From the NCBI RefSeq assembly GCF_006345805.1, contig NC_043012.1, positions 58,156,001 to 58,220,000 on the forward strand: DNA of 64,000 nt. Reading direction: 5' to 3'. Shown here piece after piece: positions 53,145-64,000 of this stretch; the first letter of the stretch is position 1; every line of letters begins with the position of its first letter. The notes beneath the pieces were generated by a model, which was not told the origin of the DNA, made no database searches, and saw only the letters and a list, made by a program, of their open reading frames with translations. Both the position numbers and the translations under genes were made by a program. Origin of the DNA: Octopus sinensis (Eukaryota).

Positions 53145-53943
53145 GAAACTCTGCTATCCATGCGCCATCAGTTTTAACCTTCTAGCTCACTTCCGGTGGT
53201 TACAACAGTGCTTGGTACGAAGGTGTGTAGCGTGCCATCGTTATACTGACCAAGACAACGAAAGTAGTCATAGCGATACCTACTCAACACAAAGTTGTAG
53301 AAAGTGAATGGAAAAGAGTATATGAGCTGCACACAAATGTACGAGGGGTTCGGAAGTTTTCCCGATGGCCGAATAAATGTCGATATTAACGAAAGTTCTG
53401 GGAGACCTACAACCAGCAGAACAGATAAAAACATGGCAGACGTGCGTGCAGCTGTGAGGGTAAATCATCGAATCATCATCCGTGAGTTACCAGAAGATAT
53501 GCAGATTAGTTACAGTTCAGTTCAGTCTATTATAAATGAAGATTTGAGTATGAGATCGTGTCTACCAAGTTTGTGCCAAAATGGCTTTCAACTGATAAAA
53601 ATTTCATTAGGGTTTCAGTGGCAGAAGAGCTCCTTCATTGTGTTAAGAACAATGAAATCGTTTTGGAAACATTGCGTAGGCCTCTGAGCACGTATCACCA
53701 AATTTTTGGCAAAATTTTATGCAGATTCTATGCTCAACTTTGTAGCATGTTCAATACGACTATCACACGCTACACACGTTCCTTTTAAGGACTGCTGTAA
53801 ACAGCGTAAGTGAAGGAGGCCGTTAAAACTTAGTGCGCGTGCACAACAGTGTTCAAGGTCCATCACTGCCCAACTTTTTCACTCTGTGTGCTTTAGCTTC
53901 TTTACTATGGCAACATCCCGGCACTTATTCATCAGACCATGTA
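53145..53943 (+). mobile_element. Non-autonomous mariner derivative with fold-back structure
   Basis: ORF 53304-53687 encodes a mariner HTH region (SGRPTTSRTDKN..VRAAV..HRIIIREL...ISYSSVQSII.EDLSMR), frameshifted into STKFVPKWL (WVPHEL-like linker). Positions 53650-53870 are an inverted copy of the element's 5' part. The end is TIR-like: TTACTATGGCAACATCCCGGCACTTATTCATCAGACCATG-TA. Confidence 0.8.
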
Positions 53944-53997
53944 TATGTGTGTGTGTCTGTATACATACATACATACATACATACATACATACATACA

Positions 53998-54055
<58 letters not shown>

Positions 54056-54074
54056 TATATATATATATATATTT

Positions 54075-54323
54075 ATATGTATGTATATAATGCATATATA
54101 TATATGCGTGATAAAGGTGGTCATTTACATATTACGTACAATTTCCGTTTCTCTCTCTTTCCTTTTCTTTCCTTCCTTCTTCCTTCCTTACATCCATCCT
54201 TTTTTCTTTCTTTTTTTTAAATTCTCTCTCCCTCCACTTCTACCTGTCTGCTTGTCTATCTGCCTATCTTTCTGTTTCCTTGTCTGTCTATTGTGTATAT
54301 ATATATATGTATATGTATATATG

Positions 54324-54354
<31 letters not shown>

Positions 54355-54726
54355 GTATATGTATATATATATATTATTATATATATATATATATATATAA
54401 TATATATATATATAATATATATATATATACGTATGTATGTATGTATATATATATATATATATTATATATATATATTATATGTATGTATATAATGCATATA
54501 TATATATGCGTGATAAAGGTGGTCATTTACATATTACGTACAATTTCCGTTTCTCTCTCTTTCCTTTTCTTTCCTTCCTTCCTTCCTTCCTTACATCCAT
54601 CCTTTTTTCTTTCTTTTTTTTAAATTCTCTCTCCCTCCACTTCTACCTGTCTGCTTGTCTATCTGCCTATCTTTCTGTTTCCTTGTCTGTCTATTGTGTA
54701 TATATATATATGTATATGTATATATG

Positions 54727-54790
<64 letters not shown>

Positions 54791-54800
54791 CGTATGTATG

Positions 54801-54839
<39 letters not shown>

Positions 54840-54845
54840 GTATGT
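54075..54845. repeat. Near-identical direct duplication (~402-bp period)
   Basis: ATGCGTGATAAAGGTGGTCATTTAC...CTTGTCTGTCTATTGTG at ~54104 and ~54506. Confidence 0.9.
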
Positions 54846-55939
54846 ATATATATATATATTATATATATATATATAATATATATATATGTATGTACGTAGT
54901 ACTATTTTATCCTTATATACGCATACATACATCCCAAAATAGATGTATACAGATATATGTACTTATATATATACACACGCCCATGTATGTATGTGAGTGA
55001 GTGAGTGTGTGTGTGTGTGGGTGTGTACATATACGTGCATATATTAATTATGATATAGAAGATATACATGATTATTTTTTTCTGTGAGTTTCATTTTAAT
55101 GGTAAATTGGCATATTCTTCAGTTGAATATAAGTCGAGTGAATATGTCTTACTTTTTTTATATTATTCTCCCGAACGGCGGCTAACATATATTGAACATT
55201 ATCTGTGGTAGCATGTTATCACTATTCCCTTGGGCATGCATCTGATAAAATGTCAGTAGAAGATAATTTTATATATAATTCTAACCATCCCCCATAGTTT
55301 AAAAAAAATATAATTAATAACATTACCAAAGAGTTTCTGACCTTTCGGCAAACAAAGAAATCTTTACAATAACATTCTAAAGAATAGCGGATTCCATGAT
55401 AAGATTCATGTAACTCCCAAGCTGCGTAAGAGTACCAATAATAACATTAGATTTAACATTACATAGTTTAGTCAAAAATCTCGGTAAATGTCAAAAGCAA
55501 TACAGCAATACCAATGTTTGGACCTCTTCGACAAACTTCACATGCAAGTATAGGCATCGGAAATTATTTCATTGAAAGAACACTAAAATAAACTAACATC
55601 TTAGCATTTGTTATATTTTATTTAAGCTATCAGGAACTTGTTTTAAGGGAGATAATGCAATTTGCACTTTCTCAAATAATGAATTATGCCCTCTCATACG
55701 AAATCGTAGGGTCAAAACAGGCATCGATCCAACATAATGTAAACTCTTTTAAACGAGGTTCAGCAAAACGTCCCTCCTATTACAGATTGACAAATATTTC
55801 AGCTGTACAGGCATGGTGTGCACAGTACTAAAATATGGTAACGTAAAAGGAAACGAGAAAATATTAGTAATATGAATTCACTGTTACGTCCCGATTAACT
55901 TCGGCGCTAATGCGAATCGAAATGTTGGCACAAATCAGT

Positions 55940-56242
55940 TACGACGGGTAGGGTTCCGGTTCATCCGATCAATGGAAAAGTATGCTCGTGAAATTATCAT
56001 GCAATTGGCTGAGCACTCCACAGCCACGCGTGCTCTTAAGGTAGTTCTTGGGGAGAATCAACGTGACACCAAATTTGACAAGGTTAGCTCTTTGCATTAT
56101 AGGTACAGCTAATTTTTGCCAGCTGAGTCGACTGGAGCAACAAACAATAAAGCGTCTTATCGAAGAACCAAAAGAACCTCCGGATATCCAACTTACAACA
56201 ATACAATTGTGATATAAATAGCCTAGCTACTAAGCCACCCAG
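55940..56242 (-). mobile_element. Old SINE sharing the family D central block
   Basis: TTTTGCCAGCTGAGTCGACTGGAGCAAC..ATAAAGCGTCTT and a decayed tRNA head (CTACTAAGCCA). Confidence 0.55.
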
Positions 56243-56961
56243 CTGCAAAATGCATCGAAATATTTACAACAGTGTTCTGCTGTACATATAGAAATAATAT
56301 TGATATTACTACCAAATATATATAAAATCAAGTAAAAGAACTTTCAAAGGCTGCTACTATAACCACTCCTTATCCTTATGCAACGAATAACAGACAAACC
56401 TCAGAGAAATTCCAAGCAATACATAAGTGACCAAGGAAAATGTATTAACAATGTCAATATCTTTGGAGCATACGCAAAAAAAAAAAATTATACACTAATG
56501 ATTCGAATGTTCTACCACATCTGTATTATGGAGATGTTATTTTGTATTTTGAAAATGACTTAAACAAGAGGACTAATTTTATTCTTACAAAATGCAGAGA
56601 TCTCAAAAATCCTTTCTCGTTAACATTATTCGAATTACAGGAACCAATTAAAGTATAATATTCTACTGCTGATGAAGCTGGTAACTTTATACTATAGAGG
56701 ATTTTTTGCATTTTACATTTTAACATTATTTGCTCTTGCGAGATCTCGCTGAAATCAATATTCCACCCGATTAGTACTATGGTTACTGATGAATTCGATA
56801 CAAAAATGTATGCCTTTCCATATCGTGTTACTAAATGGCACATATACATTATAATAAGATGCATTACACGTAATCTTCTATACATACCTACACACGTATA
56901 TATACTTGTGTGTGTATACACACACACACACACAACACACACACACAATATAATATATATA

Positions 56962-57005
<44 letters not shown>

Positions 57006-57052
57006 GGGTATATATGTATAGATATTTGTGTGTGTGTCTGATTATAATTACG

Positions 57053-57088
<36 letters not shown>

Positions 57089-57534
57089 AGCAGATACATA
57101 TATTGAAACTATATGTGTATATGGGTGTATTTACGCGTAAGTGCAAGTCCTTCCCTGCTGACATTTTGCCATGCGCATGCCCAACCATATATTGACGACA
57201 AGCAGGCATTGATGAAAAAAATAATACATCTTGCAAATTAATCTAAATAGAGACAAATCATTAATTGCTAATGAAAAAACAAAAGATCGATATACACAGG
57301 CGTCGGTAGTCTGAGTAGAGTCGAACTAAATGAATCCTCTTTCACTAATAAAAAGAGGAGTGTCTGTGTAGTAAGAAGTTTGGTTCCCGACCACATTGTT
57401 CCGAGTTCAGTCTCTCTGCGTGGTCCCTTGAGCAAGTGTCTTCTACTATAGCCACGGCCCGACCAAAGCCTCCGTCGACACGCAACTATAGAGTGATAGT
57501 TCAAATTGTTGTTTCCAGGATTAAGCAACAGCTG

Positions 57535-57865
57535 CAGCAGTGGTTAGGGCAGCGGACTCGCGGTTTCGATTCCCAGACCGGACGTTGTGTGTGTTTATTG
57601 AACGAAAACACCTAAAGCTCCACGAGGCTCCGACAGGGTGGTGGTGGTGGTGGTGGAGACCCCTGTTGTACTCTTTCGCTCCAACTTTCTCTCACTCATT
57701 TTTCCTGTTTCTTGTCCCTGACTTCCTACGCAACCGCTGAGCCTGGATGCGCATTCAGCCATCCGTCGATGCTCTCGGTGTCGGAGGTTGACCTGCTTTC
57801 TCTTCTGCGGGTCTTACGAATAGCAAAGGGCCACGTTTCGGACTTCTCCCGACCGTTCACTAAAC
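57535..57865 (+). mobile_element. SINE family C head and body with an alternative tail ending in (CAA)n
   Basis: CAGTGGTTAGGGCAGCGGACTCGCGGTTTCGATTCCCAGACCGG...AACTTTCTCTCACTC, then sequence unlike 33920-34044. Confidence 0.7.
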
Positions 57866-58126
57866 AGCAACAGCTGCAGCAACAACAACGGCAACAATGG
57901 TTTCAGATTTTGGCACAAGGCTAGCAATTTGGGGGAAGGGGTAAGTCAATTACATGGTCCTCAGCGTTCGAATGGTGCTTATTTTATCGACCCCGAAAGG
58001 ATGAAGGGTAAAGTCGATCTCAGCGAAGTTTGAACTCAAAACCTGACGACGGATGAAATGCCGCTAAGTATTTGGCACGGCGTGCTAATGATTTTGATAG
58101 CTCGCTCCTTCAACAACAACAACAAC

Positions 58127-58232
58127 TGTGTGGCACCTTGGGCAGGTGTATTCTACTATAGCTTCAGGCCGACCAAAGCCTTGTCAGTGGATTGGTAAAC
58201 GGAAACTGAAAGAAGCCCGTCGTATATATGTA

Positions 58233-58312
<80 letters not shown>

Positions 58313-58503
58313 GTATGTGTGTGTCTATGTTTGTGTCTTTGTGTTTGTCCCCCAGCATCGCTTGACAACCGACTGTGGTGTGTTCACGTCCTCGTAAGTT
58401 AGCGGTTCGGCAAAAGAGACCGATACAATAAGTACCAGGCTTACAAAGAATAAGTTCACAGTCACATGACTGAAACAAGTAAAAGAGTAAAAGAGTAAAA
58501 GAA
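58127..58503 (+). mobile_element. SINE family A (5'-truncated), adjacent to a minus-strand family B copy at ~57900-58110
   Basis: Consensus match with an (AGTAAAAG)n tail. Confidence 0.8.
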
Positions 58504-59150
58504 TATGAACTGTTTAACATTACTAACGTAATGAAACAGATCTGTGTCACAATGTATCTTATGAAACAATGTGATCAGAAATTCAAACGTTCCTCTTTTA
58601 TTGTGCATGCATGTAAGTTTTCCCTCTTCACGACATTGATAATCGCTAAGTTAAATGCAAAAACCCATCTGTGTTTATAACAATCATTGACACTGTCAAT
58701 CTCCTTCAACTGGAACCAGACACTGCAAGGCATCGGATCTAACGCTCAGATAATTATTCCTTCAATCCACCAATCTAGACCTGTAATTTTTATATAAAAC
58801 CCAAGGAGAACGGATGTCCAATTTGACATGTATAGGATTTCAAGTCAGATGGCAATGAGCCGGTACCAATAAGGCTCTAATAATTCTGATCATACACCGC
58901 CTAAACGAAAAGAAACGCAATGTATTCGAATGTATCGATCCCAAAGAGAATCTGCAATTCTGTATCAGTTTGCTTAGTTGATCTCATTTAGCCCAGGTCA
59001 TAAGCTCTCCGATTAGACTTATGATCAACGATATTCCATCTTATTTTCTAGGGGTGTTTTAGCTAATATCTCATTTCTTACGTTTTGTGACGGCAGCGAA
59101 CTACTGTACAGTGTCACAGGGTGATGGTGACCGGCAACCATATAATACAG

Positions 59151-59181
<31 letters not shown>

Positions 59182-59194
59182 ACTACCGTGACTA

Positions 59195-59900
59195 CTGTGA
59201 CCGTCCACTCGTGACCGAGGAAGACCGTTGCTGACCTTTATGAGCAAATTGCGCTCTAGGACTGACTTATATTTTGCATTTGCGGATCCGTTGGGGAATA
59301 AAGAGCTCTGCTCTTGACAAGCATACACGTCTACGAACATTGCGAACATTGCAAACCAAGCTTTCTTCATTCACTACGTTATGAGTGCGCTTTCGAGCAG
59401 AACGCTCAAATTCATGAAGAATATCTACTTTTTCAAAGGTGTCAACCCCCTCCTTAACCTGCTTCTTTCATCTGTGGTGACGATAGTCATTGCTTTCCCA
59501 ATCGGTCTCGAGCATACCACAGGTCTTTAACGAGGACTTGACATAGTCCTTAAATCGCAGCCTTGGTTTCTGTCAGGGTCACTTCACACTAACAAGTTCC
59601 CCATATAGCATTTGTTTAGGGATCCTGCTATCGTTCAATTTTAATAAGGTGCTCAATCCAACGTAACAGGTGCTTGTGCCCCATCGCCTCATTACTCAAG
59701 ATAGCCTTCTTCAAAATATGTGTGTCTGGAGCTTTTTAAGGTCCAGCCAACATTCAGAATGTGTCTCAGTCATCTCCGATGGAAGCGTCCAAGAACCTTT
59801 ATATGACAGTTGTAAAGGATCCTTGGCCCACATGAGTAAAGAAGCGATGTCAGTATACATGAACGGTACACAAAAACTCAGTCTAAAAACAGCTCGTTAT
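59195..59900 (-). mobile_element. RTE-clade (BovB-like) LINE 3' fossil
   Basis: Minus translation pieces VFVYRSCILTSLLYSC...HIKVLGRFHRR*LRHILNVGW and NDSRIPKQMLYGEL...KPRLRFKDYVKSSLK. The 3' end is GGTCTTCCTCGGTCACGAGTGGACGG. Confidence 0.85.
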
Positions 59901-60641
59901 ATTTCTATAGGTGTTAAAACGTTTTGTGTATTTATGGAGCACAAACTAACAAAATCTTATATCGACCACTAAGGGCCATATTGAACCCCGGTTGAATACC
60001 ATTAGTCTCAACGGAATACTGCAATTTGCAAAAGATTAGGCTGTTATTTCTAGCAGGTCGATGGACCACGTAAGAGTTCTCCTTCACTGGTTCGCCTTTG
60101 CTAAGTAAACCATATAGATATTCTGTGTAGAGGATATACCGGGTGATGTCGTTTCCGACTTCATAGATTATTTAACTATATTACGAAATATAATCCGAAG
60201 CCGGTCGAGGTCATATGGTTTTGACCTTTCATTTAAAAGGTCAACGTTTTCCATCACTTCACAGATGGGGCGCTGTGTTCGCTTTCCATTGCTTACCACT
60301 TTAAGCAACAGATTACATTGCAATACTCAACAAGAGATGTGTTAGCTAATAGTTCTCAGCTTAAATATGTCTCTCTGTTATGGATCTCGGCGTGGGATTC
60401 GTTTTCTGTCTCTATAAATTTAGTATATTTACGTTGCTCTAAATACACTATTCGAAGCGAAATCTTCCTCCCTCTCGCCGACCCAGTGACTAATGGAATA
60501 CCACACCATGAAGCGGAAATCACGTTTACCTAAAATATAAATATTGTTTCTCTCTCAAAAACAAGAATTTCCAATAATGATTCGTGATATTGGCACAAGG
60601 CCTAATTTCACAGACGATACTCTATATAATACAAGAAAATG

Positions 60642-61445
60642 GAAGGCGGCGAGCTGACAGAAACGTTAGCACGCCGGCAAAATGCGTAGCCGTATTTCGT
60701 CTGCCGTTACGTTCTGGGTTCATATTCCACCGAGGTCGACTTTGCCTTTCATCCTTTCGGGGTCGATAAATTAAGTACCAGTTACGCACTGGGGTCGATG
60801 TAATCGAATTAATCCGTTTGTCTGTCCTTGTTTGTTCCCTCTGTGTTTAGCCCCTTGTGGGTAGTAAATAAATAGGTATTTCGTCTGCCGTTACGTTCTG
60901 AGTTCAAATTCCGCCGAGGTCGACTTTACCTTTCATTTTTCTGGGTCGATAAATTAAGTACCAGTTACGCACTGGGGTCGATGTAATCGGCTTAATCCGT
61001 TTGTCCTCTCTGTGTTTACCCCCTTGTGGATAGTAAAGAAATAGGTATTTTGTCTGCCGCTACGTTCTGAGTTCAAATTCTGCCGATGTCGACTTTGCCT
61101 TTCATCCTTTCGGGATCGATTAAATAAGTACCAGTTACGCACTGGGGTCGATGTAATCGACTTGATCCGTTTGTCTGTCCTTGTTTGTCCCCTCTGTGTT
61201 TAGCCCCTTGTGGGTAGTAAAGAAACAGGCATTTCGTCTGTCTTTACATTCTGAGTTCAAATCCTGCCGAGGTCGATAAATTAAGTACCAGTTGCCATCT
61301 GGAGTCAATCTAATCGACTGGCAAAATTTCGGGCCTTGCGCCTTAGTGTTGAAAAGAATATCATAAATGCAAAGGCAGCGGCGAATTGGCAGAATCGTTA
61401 GCACGCCGGGCAAAATGCTTAGCGGCGTTTCATCTGTCTTTATCA
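60642..61445 (+). mobile_element. Tandem array of SINE family B (one head followed by four bodies, then another head)
   Basis: Bodies restart at GTATTTCGTCTG-like sites at ~60692, 60877, 61045 and 61229, each later one directly after AAA(G/T)AAA(T/C)AG. Confidence 0.9.
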
Positions 61446-61767
61446 TTTCACCCTTTCAAGATCGATTAAAGAAGTACGCCTTGACGTACCCCGCTACTCA
61501 TCCTAGAGTTAAAATCACAGCTATTTCTAGAAATCATTTTTTAGTCGAATGTTTTTAGTCGAAGGAATCGCCCCTGGTACTTATAATGTCCGTCTCTTTT
61601 GCCGAAATGCTAAGTTGAGAGCACGTTAAAACATCACAGTTAACCAGTGATGGGGGACAAACACAGTTGCAATTCACGCATACCAACACACACACACGCA
61701 CAAACACACACACACGCACACACGCACACACACACAGACACAAAGACTCACATATATACATACATAT

Positions 61768-61815
61768 ATGATGGCCGTCCACTCGTGACCGAGGAAGACC
61801 GTTGCTGACCTTTAG
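61768..61815 (-). mobile_element. ~45-bp 3'-terminal stub of the RTE family found at 59195-59900
   Basis: CCGTCCACTCGTGACCGAGGAAGACCGTTGCTGACCTTTA is identical to 59201-59240. Confidence 0.85.
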
Positions 61816-63471
61816 GAACAAACTGAGTAGATGAGAGAAAAGGGAAACAAAATGTTTTTTACTTAATTACACCACTCAATGCCCAGTCTTTACTTCACTA
61901 AACCCTACGACTGATCGGCTTGCCGTTCACTTGAGACTGAAGCTATTTCAGTCATTTGCACACTAAGGAGTCCGGTTTAGCCTCTGGCCTTACGAGTTCT
62001 GGGGCTTATGAAAGACCCAAAACGAAAGATATATGGAAACATTTTAACATTTTGCATTATTAAAAGTTAATTCAGAGACGACATTTTTAACGTGTGAAAC
62101 TAACAATCTTAGAGGTTTTATACTGTCTAAAAGCGTTCTGACATCAATTTATAAGTTATATATATATATTTATTATCCTGGGACCTCCTGGTAATTAATT
62201 GTATTGTTCAAGGGACTGATCATTCATCACCAAAGCCGACTGATATTCATTTTTAAGAATTGATTATATGAAAAACAAAATCCTCTCCCTTGATATCTGA
62301 ATCTCGATTATTGAGCAATGGTACTGAATGCCCACGTAGGGCTTAGTTCGGCGCTGTCTCCTTTCTCTTAAATGACTGCATTAAAAAGGTAAAGAGCAAT
62401 GTAGATTTGATCGAGGTTTCGTTAGTTCGTTGTGTTAAGCTCAACTGCTCCCTTGAGCTGAGTACACTCAGTGAGAAATAAAGAACAGTGACAATAACTA
62501 CAAGATTAACATTAGCTACGGTCACAGAGGTTGTTGCGCCAGTCTTTGCGTACGAGTACGACAACTAAGTTTTCTTTTCCGGAGAGTGTATAGCGATAGT
62601 ATGGGAAACAAATAGAATAAAAATGAAAAGAAGAAATCTAAAGCACAGTACCAATTTAAATATATAGAAGACATCAATTCGGTAATGGCATAAACAGAAG
62701 ACCATGTGTCTGTCTGTGGTAGCAAATGAAAGAAAAATATATATCTCTCGGGAATGGTATTAATTTACTTGTGTGTAGGAGATCATATAATGCTAAATAA
62801 CATGCTTGTTTCACTTTGCTTCTAAGCGACTTTGGTTTTGCCGTTACATTTGTTCCTAATGCATCTATCATTAGGAAAATGTGATGCGTTTGCAGAAATC
62901 AAGAGAGACAGTATTAAATTAAGGACGGTTTTGGTAAAGAGTTCGAAGACGAGAAAGTCATGCCTAATCATTCGGTTGATCATCTTTTCCTTTCCGCTGA
63001 TAATGTTTTCAAACAGCAATCACAATTTAGCCGAAAAATCTGTCTCGTAGAAAAATATCCTTGCTTGATATTACTTTGCAAAAGATAGGATTCAGCCAAG
63101 TGCTGAAAGTATAAATGAACTAAGCCCCTGGTCAAGTCACATATTGTGTAAACAAGCAATTTGTAGAAGGTTGATTAAAGACAAACATACCAATATGAGC
63201 GCGATTTTATAAAACTTGCTGATATAGATTCTTAACGGTGATTGTCACAAAAATAGCATTGGTATTTTTGCTGTCGGCAGTTAGTTAGAACCGGAATTGG
63301 ATTAGGTATGAGAGATTGTTTCGAAAAACTATGATTCAATTTAGCGCCATTTTCAACGTTTCATTTTATGCGAAATTAAACAATCAAAAGAATTTACCAG
63401 ATGCATAAATAACTTCTTTTGTCTAGTTAGTATGTCTGTACGTCTGTCTGTCTATGGCGGTCTCTACCGGT

Positions 63472-63646
63472 TTCTTCTTCTTCTTCTTCTTCTTCTTCTT
63501 CTTCTTCTTCTTCTTCTTCTTCTTCTTCTTCTTCTTCTTCTTCTTCTTCTTTTTTTTCTTCTTCTTCTTCTTCTTCTTCTTCTTCTACTACTTTTCCATC
63601 TTTTTCTTTTCCTCCTCCTCCTCCTCCTCCACAATCTTCTTTTTCG

Positions 63647-63725
<79 letters not shown>
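63472..63725. repeat. (CTT)n then (TATC)n microsatellites
   Basis: Directly visible. Confidence 0.95.
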
Positions 63726-63727
<2 letters not shown>

Positions 63728-63868
63728 CTGTGTGTGTCTGTGTATATATGTATATACGTGTATGCATGTATATGTATATATATACATATATATATATATG
63801 TATATGTACATAGATGTATATATGCATATATTATACATCTATATATATATATATATATATATATATGC

Positions 63869-63906
<38 letters not shown>

Positions 63907-64000
63907 TATGTATATATATATATGTGCGTGTGTGTATGTACCTGCATATATGTGTTTAAGCTTATAAATATATGTATATATATATGTATACACATATATA

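Overview
AT-rich eukaryotic DNA (intergenic or intronic), dense in repeats. The extreme (TA)n/(TG)n/(AAT)n/(TATC)n content and the SINE families point to a cephalopod, most likely Octopus (inference from recalled repeat sequences). No host protein-coding gene is supported, and most listed ORFs are microsatellite or SINE translations. The one near-intact coding element is a 5'-truncated, twice-frameshifted R4/Dong-clade non-LTR retrotransposon (RT + CCHC + restriction-like endonuclease, 49211-51385), within a stack of TAA-flanked retroelement pieces. There are also fossils of a maT (DD37D) transposon, a fold-back mariner, RTE and CR1 LINEs and a non-autonomous Helitron, plus at least four SINE families. 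The most interesting signal is a set of type I hammerhead ribozyme (HHR) motifs in short Penelope-like or retrozyme-like insertions next to microsatellites. These include a fully canonical HHR with an ~75-nt stem II (3084-3189, minus), a diverged relative (11151-11233), a perfect 132-bp palindrome encoding an HHR on each strand (31359-31490), a 334-bp tandem repeat with an HHR-like junction (9624-10153) and a minimal variant (27165-27199). All coordinates were read by eye; repeat boundaries are approximate.
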